From NCBI GenBank assembly GCA_040954595.2, contig CM082587.2:7863705-7927704 (forward strand): a stretch of DNA of 64,000 bases. The letters are read 5' to 3'. The position numbers and the translations under genes were made by a program. The notes under the pieces were generated by a model. That model was not told where the DNA came from, ran no database searches, and worked only from the letters and a program-made list of their open reading frames with translations. Positions 52,501-63,421 of this stretch are shown here, piece by piece (position 1 is the stretch's first letter; every line of letters starts with the position of its first letter). Source of the stretch: Balanoglossus misakiensis (taxonomy: Eukaryota > Animalia > Hemichordata).

Positions 52501-54473
52501 CAGTTAAAAAACGCAGCGTAGATATTGAAATGAATTGGATTTATGAAAATGATTAAAATTACAATAATAATGTCGTTAAAAGTTCTCACAAAAAAAAAAA
52601 TAGAAAAAAGTGGTCTCGAACCAACATCAGTTGACACCTTGAGGTAAAAGTCAAGCCTTCCTGAACCCTTCGCCATCACGATGTGTTCTCAAAAAAGTCG
52701 GAAATTTACCGCACTATATTGCAGCATAACTACAATGATCTTATTTGCACCGCAGCGGTGCGAAGTGTTATTTGCACCGCAGCGGTGCAAATAAGAGTTT
52801 AAACCGCTGCGGTGCAAATAAGAGTTCCCTGCATCGCAACGATCTGACCGTTCTTTATTCACTCCTCGGCGACAAAAACGTTTTATTACGGCCCAAATAA
52901 TGACTTTTTCGCTCCTTGGTTGGTCATGCGGACGGAAAGACACGGTTTTAGCGAGTTTATCTTTCTCTTTCCTGAGCACTACGTATTCAGTCTTGCCCAA
53001 GTGAACCGCGACAAAAAAATGACCAAGTTTCCCTGCATGTTTCTTATACCCGACAGTTAAAAAACACAGCGTAGATATTGAAATGAATTGGATTTATGAA
53101 AATGATCAAAATTACAATGATAATGTCGTTAAAAGTTCTCACACACACAAAAAAAGAAAAAAACGTGGTCTCGAACCAACATCAGTTGACACCTTGAGGT
53201 AAAAGTCAAGCCTTCCTGAACCCTTCGCCATCACGATGTGTTCTCAAAAAAGTCGGAAATTTACCGCACTATGTTGCAGCATAACAAAAATGATCTTATT
53301 TGCACCGCAGCGGTGCGAAGTGTTATTTGCACCGCAGCGGTGCAAATAAGAGTTTACACCGCTGCGGTGCAAATAAGAGTTCCCTGCACCGCAACTATCT
53401 GACCGTTCTTTATTCACTCCTCGGCGACAAAAACGTTTTATTACGGCCCAAATAATGACTTTTTCGCTCCTTGGTTGGTCATGCGGACGGAAAGACACGG
53501 TTTTAGCGAGTTTATCTTTCTCTTTCCTGAGCACTACGTATTCAGACTTGCCCAAGTGAACCGCGACAAAAAAATGACCAAGTTTCCCTGCATGTTTCTT
53601 ATACCCGACAGTTAAAAAACGCAGCCTAGATATTGAAATGAATTGGATTTATGAAAATGATTAAAATTACAATGATAATGTCGTTAAAAGTTCTCACCAA
53701 AAAAAAAAATAGAAAAAAAGTGGTCTCGAACCAATATCAGTTGACACCTTGAGGTAAAAAGTCAAGCCTTCCTGAACCCTTCGCCATCACGATGTGTTCT
53801 CAAAAAAGTCGGAAATTTACCGCACTATATTGCAGCATAACTACGATTATCTTATTTGCACCGCAGCGGTGCGAAGTGTTATTTGCACCGCAGCGGTGCA
53901 AATAAGAGTTTACACCGCTGCGGTGCAAATAAGAGTTCCCTGCACCGCAACGATCTGACCGTTCTTTATTCACTCCTCGGCGACAAAAACGTTTTATTAC
54001 GGCCCAAATAATGACTTTTTCGCTCCTTGGTTGGTCATGCGGACGGAAAAACACGGTTTTAGCGAGTTTATCGTTCTCTTTCCTGAGCACTACGTATTCA
54101 GACTTGCCCAAGTGAACCGCGACAAAAAAATGACCAAGTTTCCCTGCATGTTTCTTATACCCGACAGTTAAAAAACGCAGCGTAGATATTGAAATGAATT
54201 GGATTATGAAAATGATTAAAATTACAATGATCATGTCGTTAAAAGTTCTCAAAAAAAAAGAAAAGAAAAAAAAGTGGTCTCGAACCAACATTAGTTGACA
54301 CCTTGAGGTAAAAGTCAAGCCTTCCTGAACCCTTCGCTATCACGATGTGTTCTCGAAAAAGTCGGATATTTACCGCAGTTTATGTATATTGCAGCATAAC
54401 TACAATGATCTTATTTGCACCGCAGCGGTGCGAACTCTTATTTGCACCGCAGCGGTGAGGGCGCTTGGTCCCC
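46570..54473 (+). repeat. Tandem array of ~553-bp monomer, ~14.3 copies
   Basis: AGGTAAAAG landmark from 46570 to 54306 in 14 steps (mean ~552.6 bp); source of the repeated 103-aa pseudo-ORFs; right end GAGGGCGCTTGGTCCCC|TAA. Confidence 0.98.
47082..47160 (-). ncRNA. tRNA-like Pol III cassette (first of 14, one per 553-bp monomer); not a complete tRNA
   Basis: Minus strand ATCGTGA-TGGCGAAGGG (A-box-like)-TTCAGGAAGG-CTTGA-CTTTTACC-TCAAG (anticodon-like stem-loop)-GTGTCAACTGATGTT-GGTTCGAGACC (exact GGTTCGANNCC B box)-AC-TTTTTT (terminator-like). The 3' acceptor strand is absent. Confidence 0.6.
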
Positions 54474-54474
54474 T

Positions 54475-55018
54475 AATGACCATTTTTCGACTTTCCGAAA
54501 CATCAAAAATTCTTCATTTTTTGATAAAAATAATGGGTTATAGCTCATGAAAATCGTCAAAAGATGACCATTTTTCGACTTTCCGAAACATCAAAAATTC
54601 TTCATTTTTTGATAAAAATCATGGGTTATAGCTCATGAAAATCAACAAATGACCATCATTCGACTTTCCGAAACATCAAAATTTCTTCATTTTTTGAAAA
54701 GAATCATGGGTTATAGCTCATGAAAATTATCCAAAAATGACAATTTTTCCACTTTGCGAAAGTTCAAAATTTCTTCATTTTTTGAAAAAAATCATGGGTT
54801 ATAGCTCATGAAAATCATCCAAAAAAGACAATTTTTCGACTGTGCGGAACTTCAAAAATTCTTCATTTTTTGAAAAAAAATCATGGGTTATAGCTCATGA
54901 AAATCATCAAAATATGACCATTTGTCGACTTTCAGACATTTCAAAAATTCGTCATTTTTGGAGGCTTTCCGAAACATCAAAATTTCGTCATTTTTGATAA
55001 AAAATCCTGGGTTATAGC
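54475..55018 (+). repeat. Short right-hand array of the 88-bp satellite (~6 monomers, diverging outward)
   Basis: Same monomer and same orientation as 31129-46569; outer copies carry more substitutions. Confidence 0.95.
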
Positions 55019-56256
55019 AGCAGGGTAGACACTTTTCACCTCTCCTAGCAATGTTGGCTGACCCGGTACTCAGCATTTCCAAAACAAGGTGACCTCCACA
55101 CCACCCAATTCCAAAGCAGGGTGTCCCCCCCCCCCCCCCCCCCGTATAATCCAACCCCTGATGAAGAACTGACCAGTCCCTTACGTAGTATGACGACAGG
55201 CACGGCGAATGCCATAGAGGCTAAGGATGAGGATGAGGCTAACTTCACGTACGTGTTGTGTGTGTAGCGTGCATTGATTCTAAGTGACTCTCTAAGTTAA
55301 TGGTAGAAAGTGTTTTGCCAGATAGTCACGTTTTGTCAGACAGTCGCCGCACGTTTTGTAGCCGAACCTGTCTCTGTCTCTGAAAATCCATTGACGGCGC
55401 CCTCTGGAGTGGCAATCTTCAGCGATGTTGTGATTCTTGTGGAGTGGGCCATATTTCATAATTCTAGAAATAATTTGTCAATTTAAGGGGTTAAATAATT
55501 TCATATCTATATTCCGTTGTTTGAGCTAGCATTATTGTATGTTGGCATATTTTTTTATAGGACGGATTAAAATTACGCCGGTCGTCGAAAATACAAAACT
55601 ATTTTCAGTTACTTGAAAATCCGAAATTGAACCCGAATCCGAGTTTAATTTCACCAGCGGTGAGAGTGAGAGTGACGGTCTGAGGGGAGGGGTTAGGTGA
55701 GGGTTTGCTTCTCAAGAAGGCTGAAATTGAACGCTTTCGAAAGTATCTGTAGTAGAAGAAATTTAAGGAATTCCTGGAGAACGGATGACTATACAGGTAT
55801 GACCACTGCTGCTTTGATTTACAGTTTATTGAGATTTTTTTCCCCCGTAGATCAACCGGTGGTTTGTGAACTGATCTACGTGATGTTATTAACCCTCTTA
55901 CGTCCCGGTCCGTGATTGAATGCCGTGGTACATATTTACGGGATATTTAGCTGTTTAACCAGTTAATTGAATGGAAAACTCTCCATGATTTTGGTGATAA
56001 AGTAGTCAGGTAGGCTAAAAAAAAATAACTGATTTTGTTGTGTTCTTATGTCAAGGAACACAGGCCCAATGATAGGGAAATCCCCCAAGCCTATTCACGT
56101 GATCAGTAGTATTCATTAGTCTTTGTGTTGGAATATTCCTTCCGTCGTTTAGTGTGGACACTAGGTACAGCTGCGTACCACAGCTAACACAGACACTGAT
56201 AATTTTTCCCCTTCAAGGTCATCAAGCCAAGGTCCTAACTCTACCATTGGTACACA

Positions 56257-59200
56257 ATGCCAGGATATCCCAGAGAAATATTTGCGTCATTACCAGAAGA
56301 GAAGTATCTGTGTACACACTGTCAACTTATCTTGAAGGATCCAGTACAGACATACTGTGGTCATCGATATTGCAAGGGATGCGTTGAAGACATTCTCAGG
56401 TAGACCGCTTCGCTGACAATCGAATATTTTTTTTGCAATGCATACATGTACATGTACATGTAGGTCATAGAACACCTGTAACTATTGTCAAGCGAATGAT
56501 CCAACACCACCAATTTACACACGTCCATATATGGCTGAAATTGCGTATTTGAGTGTCCTACTGAACATATGATGCCGCCCTTTTTTTCACTGAAAATCTG
56601 TGATTGGCTACATCTCAAATTACCATGGTAACTGTAGCTAAATCTGCATAGATGTAGGTGACAGTATACCTTTAAAGCTGATGTCCCTTTAAACTTGCCT
56701 TTTGTCATTTTATGACACACAGTCAACCTGGACGTCACTCCTGTGTTGTTTGTGCTGAAGAATTTCAGGATGACCCAGACAATTTAATAACAGCTGATCA
56801 GGTAAGGCTGACCCAAATGGCTTAAGTAGTATGCGCCTCCAAAGTCAGCCTTAACCCTAACGCTACTGCGCTACTGGGTGTCATAGAACGTTGGAGTCTG
56901 AAGTCCACAAAAATACGAATGGCACTGGTATAAGTATTTTAATGAAGTTAATTTCTTTGCTTGGCTGCCGTGTGTGTATTAAGATGGGGTCATTTGCCTC
57001 AATTTAGCTGTATCCACTGTTTATGATCATCTTGGCCTGATCAAATTATCCTGCAGAGCTGTACAAATAATTGACATTACACAGTCTGATACCAATTCAT
57101 TCTCTCCATGGTCAAGTATACCCGGCATTCTAGAGAAGGGGGGGGGGTTATGAAAATTACTATGTTTGCCACTGACTCGGCACTGTTAGGGTTAAACCTT
57201 TTCTCATATTTTGCTCATGCAAGGCAACTTTAGATTATTCTTCCTTAGAATTGAGAATAAAAAAAATGGGGATCACCATGCAAAAATTTGAAAGGAGAGC
57301 AAAATTGTTTTAAGTTAGAAATTCAAAATGGCTGCCAATCTCTGTGTACTGTTAACTCAACATGCATATACAGATAAAACTGAAAGTCATGATTTTTGGT
57401 GGCTTTGAAGGAAAGCTTGGGAAGCTGGCTTACAGGGTTCATATTGAGAGAGAGGGACTGGGAGGGACGACGGATCACATGGTTTGCCATTGTTGTTAGT
57501 GGATGCACTCCCTGGTAGATGGCAGTATACACCAGTGCTCAAGGGTTTTTGTGTCATTCACAGATTTTTCCAGACTTTGCCATCAAACGGGAATTGCGAC
57601 GTGTCAACGTCAAGTGTATCAATAATGGATGTGAGTGGTCTGGAATGTTTAAGGATCATGAGGTACTTTCCATTCATTATGGCTGATATTATCACCTGTG
57701 GCATTTATGTTTTGCAATATGTTCCTGTATTTGTATTTGTAGAGTACATGAAGGAAATGCCTACATCACTTTTGAATCGTGTTCCGTTACGTGATAAAAA
57801 AATGCACATATTATATTTATAGGGGGCCTTTTCCCATTGAGTAACATAGGGACATGAAGCAATTGATGTGTTATCCCTTCCACCAGGTACATGTACCAGA
57901 GTGTGCATATGGTGTCATTGTTTGCATCAAAAGTGGATGTAATCAACAGATATTGCGGAGTCAGTTGACTGAACATCTTGAGCATCAGTGTTTAATGAGA
58001 GTTGTCCAGTGTCACTTCTGTCAACATGAAATCACCACCAAGAACTTGAAGGTGAGATTAACATTTGCAGTGGTGTATAGCTTTGAAAACTGCTTATTTC
58101 AGTTTATAAATATTAGTGGGGGGGGGGTTCTTTGATGTTTTTGGATGATGTGTATGTAGCGAAAATCCTCCGTGGAAAAGTGCTGGAGTCAGAGTGATAC
58201 TGAAGCATTGAATATGAATCAGCATGTGTGTTGATTGGTGTGATCATCACTGGCGTGTTTGAATACACACACAGTTTTTATGTGCTTCTGGTGTTGCTTT
58301 GGAATGCTCAAAATTCCTGTTTATTTTTCACCGCAATCCCCCTGCTTTTTATTTTCATGCAGCTTCACCATGACAACTGTCCAAAAGTCCTGAAAACCTG
58401 CGAGTTTTGTGGAAAGGAAAATATACCCAGAGAGAAGGTAAATGCAACCACTGGGGCTATAGGAAACCTTGCTTGATATACATGTACACAGAACGAAAAT
58501 ACTGAAAAGTTACAAAAGTTACAGATAGTGTTTCTTTGAGTGAAAAAAAAGTATATGGCTTATCGTAAAGATTTAGGACAACACCCAAATTTGAGTCTAG
58601 GGGTCAATTTTGCTACCAAAGTTAATGTGATTAATTTTAACACAGTAGATTTCCCAATGCAGGAACAACATTTTACATGTACATGAACACTGTCTGAATC
58701 CTGTTTATTTTCTGTCATTCAGTTTGCTGCTCACATTGATGCTGAGAGAGGTGACTGCAAAAAGAGGATGTGTCCATGTATATATAAATTGGCTGGCTGC
58801 AAGGAGTTGGTAAGTCAATTCCTGATACATGTGTAGATATAATTTTGCTAAATATAGACATCTGAGCGTTTAATTATGAAATATGATGAAAGGCCCAGTG
58901 TTTAGCTTATCAACACATGACATATATGTGTACAGTCAGCATTGTTCATGTGCAAAATTTGAATTCAAGTCCAGACTAGGATTCATTTGTCAAAAGTAAT
59001 AGTGGCCATTACATACATGTACGTACAGGCTATGTTGATGAGTGAGGTATATTAGCATGATGTTTGGAATAGAGCAAGAAATTGCATTTGATACACAGAA
59101 TAAAAATACTGGAAATGAAGCTAAAAGATACAGCTAATGTCCTTTTAATACAATAATAGTTAGATACGCCCCATACCACTTCCATACGGAAGCGAGTCGT

Positions 59201-60699
59201 TAGTATTGCAGTAGTTGTCCAAGAACATGAGGTGTCCACTGTCTTGTTTTCATAAAAAAATTACTATGTTGATCTCATCTGTATTTTCAATTTCAAGGTG
59301 GAGGTTGACAAGGCTGACCAGCATATTGCTAAACACCACAGCCAGCATCTAGAGCTGGTCTACCGTATGTTGTGCGGAGCATGCGCCAACATTGAAAAGC
59401 TGAATGAAGAAATTCATACACCTGCAAGAAGTGGACCAACAACAGAACAGCAGAAGACAGCTCAAGAGTCAGAAAGCAGAGTATCTAAAACACCACAGCA
59501 AGACAGAGAAGTGATCGAGTCGCTCAAGGAAAAGGTCAAAGCTCAAGACCACGACATTACAGTTCTACATCTTGCGTTAGCAGAACAAGATCAGCGTTTT
59601 TTTTTACAAGAGAAAGCTTCGTACAATGGAACTCTGATCTGGAAAATTTCTGACTTTGCTAGGAGACGACAAGATGCCCAGTCGGGAAGAAGCTTATCTT
59701 TGTATTCACCTTGCTTCTACACGAGTCGCCATGGTTACAAGATGTGTGCCAGGATCTACCTGAACGGAGATGGGATGGGGAAGGGAAATTACATTTCGCT
59801 GTTTTTTGTCATCATGAGAGGAGAGTTTGATGCTATACTGAGATGGCCATTCAGACAGAAGGTACAGTTTATTATTGTAGTATCTTTATTGTGAATGTGA
59901 GTAGTTTTGTTTAAGACTGATTACTTACTGTAACACACTTAATTTTCGCGAGTAAACATTTTCGCGATATCGAGAGAGGCCACTGTTTCGCGAGTATTAA
60001 TTTTCGCGTTTTCTTATTTCATTCACTGCATCATTATCTTCAAAAACAGTTTACGCGACTTTTTATTTTCATGCTCATATGGCTCTCGCGTATTTCGCGA
60101 AAATTTATTCCTCGCGAAAATAGTGTTTTACAGTACTTAATGACAGTGTCTTTCTATTCACAAGTGCTGTGTCACTTATACAGAGCATATCAAATATATC
60201 AGTCATCAACTGTTATCTACCACCTTGTCAGCTTTTTTTCCTATTGTTGTTTACCAATATACAAAACCATTATTTTTTTCATAATTGACAAGGAAGGATT
60301 GGATTCAGATAGATTCAAATTGTGACAAAATGACCAGTGATGACGTTTCAGGATATTTTCATCATTGGACATTTGGCCTACAGAATGATCTAGTAAGAGT
60401 TGTGTAAATTATTGCTACTACCAACTGAGATACAGCAGTACTCAACGCTCTGAGTCATTTTTTTGCAGGTAACTTTCATACTGCTTGACCAGAACAACCA
60501 TCAACATGTGACTGATGCTTTCCGACCCGATCCAAAGTCAAGTTCGTTTAAAAGGCCGACCTCGGACATGAACGTGGCGTCTGGATGTCCTATGTTCGTG
60601 CCCTTACTCCAGCTCGACAGCAGTGACCACGCCTATGTGAAGGACGACGTGATGTTCATCAAAGTCATTGTGGATGTCGCAGATCTCCCGAACGCGTAG
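56257..60699 (+). CDS. TRAF2: TNF receptor-associated factor, TRAF2-like (RING, 5 zinc fingers, coiled coil, MATH), ~480 aa, 8 coding exons
   Basis: Exons 56257-56399, 56723-56801, 57564-57662, 57887-58051, 58363-58437, 58723-58809, 59298-59861, 60469-60699 (1443 nt). RING CTHC...CGHRYCKGC...CVVC; MATH motifs GTLIWKI, SPCFYTSRHGYKMCARIYLNGDG, WPFRQKVTFILLDQ, AFRPD, NVASGCPMF. In-frame TAA just upstream of the ATG. Exact orthology within TRAF1/2/3/5 needs a tree. Confidence 0.93.
56851..57195. mobile_element. piggyBac-like non-autonomous element (TTAA TSD) in TRAF intron 2
   Basis: TTAA|CCCTAAC at 56851 and GTTAGGG|TTAA ending at 57195; TIR match is only ~7 bp. Confidence 0.5.
59926..60135. 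mobile_element. TA-flanked MITE with internal TTTTCGCG repeats, TRAF intron 7
   Basis: TACTGTAACACACTTAATTTTCGCGAG...CTCGCGAAAATAGTGTTTTACAGTA. Confidence 0.8.
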
Positions 60700-60707
60700 A
60701 AGAGAAC

Positions 60708-60892
60708 CTTACAAAAACATTCTGTAGACATCTATAGAATTCTGTAACCTTTTGAATATCTAAAGAAGTTCATAGAATTTCTATGGACATCTATAGATTT
60801 CTGTGTAGTTGTGTACCATTTTTCTGTTGAATTCTTTGGAAGCATCAATTACCTACAGAATGCTATAGGACTCTATAGAATGTTTTTGTAAG
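60708..60892. mobile_element. MITE with internal CTATAGAA-type repeats immediately after the TRAF stop codon
   Basis: TIR CTTACAAAAACATTCT / AGAATGTTTTTGTAAG. Confidence 0.75.
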
Positions 60893-61246
60893 TCGCCCCT
60901 AGGCCGACGCAGCATGTCTACGTTGTTGTTGTTTTTTATATCGGCCCAGGCCCAGCACTGGTTCTACACCGCCGTAAGCTGTCAAGTGTGAACCCCCTTA
61001 AGCTTGGTTCAATTGTTGATCTGTCTTTAGGTTCCCCTAGATTGTACTAATTATATTGTGTACTTCTGCAAATATTATACCCCGAGTATTTGATCAGTTG
61101 TGAAACAGAAAATCTTTGAATTGTCACTTTCTTTTTTCATGTATGTATCATCAAGGTATTTTTGTTTGCACTGTCTCTGCTATAAACTCGTCAGTCAACG
61201 GCTATAGTTGAACCCTTTTTCTACTAGTCAGTAATACAAAATCTTA

Positions 61247-61433
61247 TATACCCTTTTCATAAGTCTAGCGCCCTCACACAGCATCCGTGAATGTGAACTC
61301 AAAGTGTGGCCAATGTGGGGGGGGGGGGGGGACCCTCCTTAACCTGTTGACAGCTCCTTCCCTCCATATGCCTCACTTTCAGGTGAAATCCATGATGGCT
61401 GGTTGAGGGCGCTAGACTTAAGAAAAGGGTGTA
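61247..61433. mobile_element. TA-flanked MITE with ~28-bp TIRs
   Basis: TATACCCTTTTCATAAGTCTAGCGCCCTCA / TGAGGGCGCTAGACTTAAGAAAAGGGTGTA. Confidence 0.8.
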
Positions 61434-62069
61434 TCGTAGAACAGGGTTGTCTGCATGCTGTATGAAGATGTGATAGGCAGGGGGAAAATCATATGTCTTT
61501 GTTTTTCGTCGTCATGGCTCTTTACCACAACAAACAAAAATACCCAGATGTACACTTTGATAGAAATGTGACCTAGTCCTCAGCAGAAATCGGTTTCAGA
61601 AGTCCGATATTGCCATTGGATTCATCCTCACACTGGTACATGTTCCTCATTTGTCAAAATGATACCAGGTCTATTTTGTATTAATTCTTGTCACAGATAA
61701 TTAACAGCATCCATTATGGCACTGTATTTTTACATTTTTTTTCAGATAGAAGGCTTGAAACAAAAGAATATGCCTGGCATGTGTGTTTAATGTATTGTTT
61801 TGAATTATAGTTTCATTTCATGTAATAATCATAAATAGACCAAACACTTCCCCATAATGATAGTGCAGTACTGTTAAGTTTGCAATGAAGCAGTGAACAG
61901 GTAACGGATACATATTATCAATTCAGATAGTATGAGGACTACACCAGTGTTTATGTGTGTATTTCCAACGTTGTTTGTCTGGTTGCAAGTGGGACTTGGG
62001 ACAAAAGAATACCAGTTAAAACGATTAGAACAAAGTTCAACAAACTGCAAATATTGAAGAAACGGGGTA

Positions 62070-62255
62070 TACCGTTAAAGTCATTTTATAAGTCGCATTG
62101 GTATTATAAGTCGCACCCCTTCTTTAAAAGACTTGTTTGGGAGGAGATTTTAAGGAAATGAATACAACAGAACATTGGTATTATAAGTCGCACCCCCTTT
62201 TCGGCACACACTGTCACTCAAAAAAGGTGCGTCTTATAAAATGACTTTAACGGTA
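62070..62255. mobile_element. Tc1/mariner-superfamily-type MITE (TA TSD)
   Basis: TA|CCGTTAAAGTCATTTTATAAGTCGCA...TGCGTCTTATAAAATGACTTTAACGG|TA, with internal TATAAGTCGCA repeats. Confidence 0.85.
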
Positions 62256-62432
62256 GTAGTTTAAAATAGTCACCTCATCTCCTTTACTTGATTAACAATA
62301 AATACATATTATTGAATAAATAAATGCATATTAATTGCATTCTTTCTTTTGTTAAGTCCTCAGAGGTACCAATGAAGTTACATATTATTTCATTACTTGC
62401 TGAGCACAGCCTCTATACAAACAGTACGCAGC

Positions 62433-62582
62433 TATCGTGGTATGCGTCGCCAAGAGATGACAAACTGATGCAAATGCAAGTAATATGGCTTAATGGTGGG
62501 GATTTTAGAGGATAGGGAATATATTTGAAGTATTTTGCCGTGGAAAAAAATATGTGAAATTTGGCAGCTATAGGGGCTTTAA
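62433..62582 (+). repeat. Dispersed repeat fragment, copy 2
   Basis: Homologous to 27163-27318; ends CAGCTATAGGGGCT|TTAA. Confidence 0.75.
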
Positions 62583-62974
62583 ACTAAGTAGGAGCCATTC
62601 TGGTCTGCTGGGAATTGGTCTAAAGCTCACTTACTTAGAATGGATGCAACATGTTATGTTTTTGAGCAAAGCACTTTTTCCTTTTCACTACTTCTTCCTC
62701 AGCCAGAAGTGGTTGAATGACAGATAAGAATAAGACAAAAAAACACAATAAATATAAATGTATGTCATATGCATCATATATGTGTCACAAAACATCAACA
62801 ACTTGTTCAAGTAGTATATTCTCAGGATATACAGTTTATTAGATTTTCACAATCTGTGAATATGTAAATCTGGAATATTGAAAATATACTTTACATGCTT
62901 TCTATATGTAAATATTGGTTTTAATATGAGGCATTAAAGAAAGATTATTTGCAATGTTACATTTGTGTTTGTTT

Positions 62975-63044
62975 GTATGTATGCATGTATGTATGTATGT
63001 ATCTATCTATCTATGTATGTATCTATGTATGTATGTGTGTGTGT
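62975..63044. repeat. Compound (TATG)n/(TATC)n/(TG)n microsatellite
   Basis: Directly visible simple repeats. Confidence 0.9.
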
Positions 63045-63332
63045 GACTCAGAATTTTTGTCGCCAGATTTGATTTGACGAACAACTGGAAGAAAGTTATT
63101 ATATCACGCGTTTTTCACGCCTAAGGTTGGCCTATATACTTTGGAAAATCAAAGGTCATGGCTATTGTGTTGCCACATTACCCAATCTTGTACCCATGGG
63201 TATCTTGTACCCCCCCCCCCTCCTTCCCCATCTCTCTCTCTCGCTCTCGCTCTCGATAGCACATGTGGCTAAGTAATCACCGTTTCTGTCACATGTATTG
63301 AACAAGCATTACTATCATAATTTGTTATGCAG

Positions 63333-63421
63333 ACGTTCAATGCAGCCCGTTCGGCATTTCTACCAGACTCAGAGAAGAAGGACTTGGTTGACCACCTGAA
63401 GAAGCATACAATTTAGCGTAG
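63333..63421 (+). pseudogene. Isolated adenosine-deaminase-like C-terminal exon
   Basis: After acceptor TTGTTATGCAG the frame reads TFNAARSAFLPDSEKKDLVDHLKK, resembling the ADA C-terminal helix NINAAKSSFLPEDEKRELL; shifted frame continues EAYNLA*. No upstream ADA exons found in the window. Confidence 0.65.

Larger units (their letters stand above)
31129..55018. mobile_element. Putative 23.9-kb composite satellite-bearing element (88-mer array / 553-mer array / 88-mer array)
   Basis: AGCAGG immediately flanks both ends (31123-31128, 55019-55024). Left end GCCATAGCTCATGA aligns with the reverse complement of the right end, GCTATAACCCAGGA. No transposase ORF seen. Confidence 0.5.

Noticed and set aside
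46509-54318. Fourteen near-identical 103-aa ORFs (MGKSEYVVLRK...) as a tandem gene family
   Set aside because: They start at TTG, have no splice structure or recognisable domain, and their HRCGAN repeats are translations of the DNA palindromes; by-products of the 553-bp repeat.
55157-55248. Exon-like acidic stretch (PDEELTSPLRSMTTGTANAIEAKDEDEANF) with a GTACGT donor
   Set aside because: Splicing to the acceptor at 56217 is out of frame with TRAF, which has an in-frame stop before its ATG; no recognisable homology.
57850-57886. Alternative upstream acceptor for TRAF exon 4
   Set aside because: It shifts the frame and destroys the zinc finger; the acceptor at 57886 preserves it.
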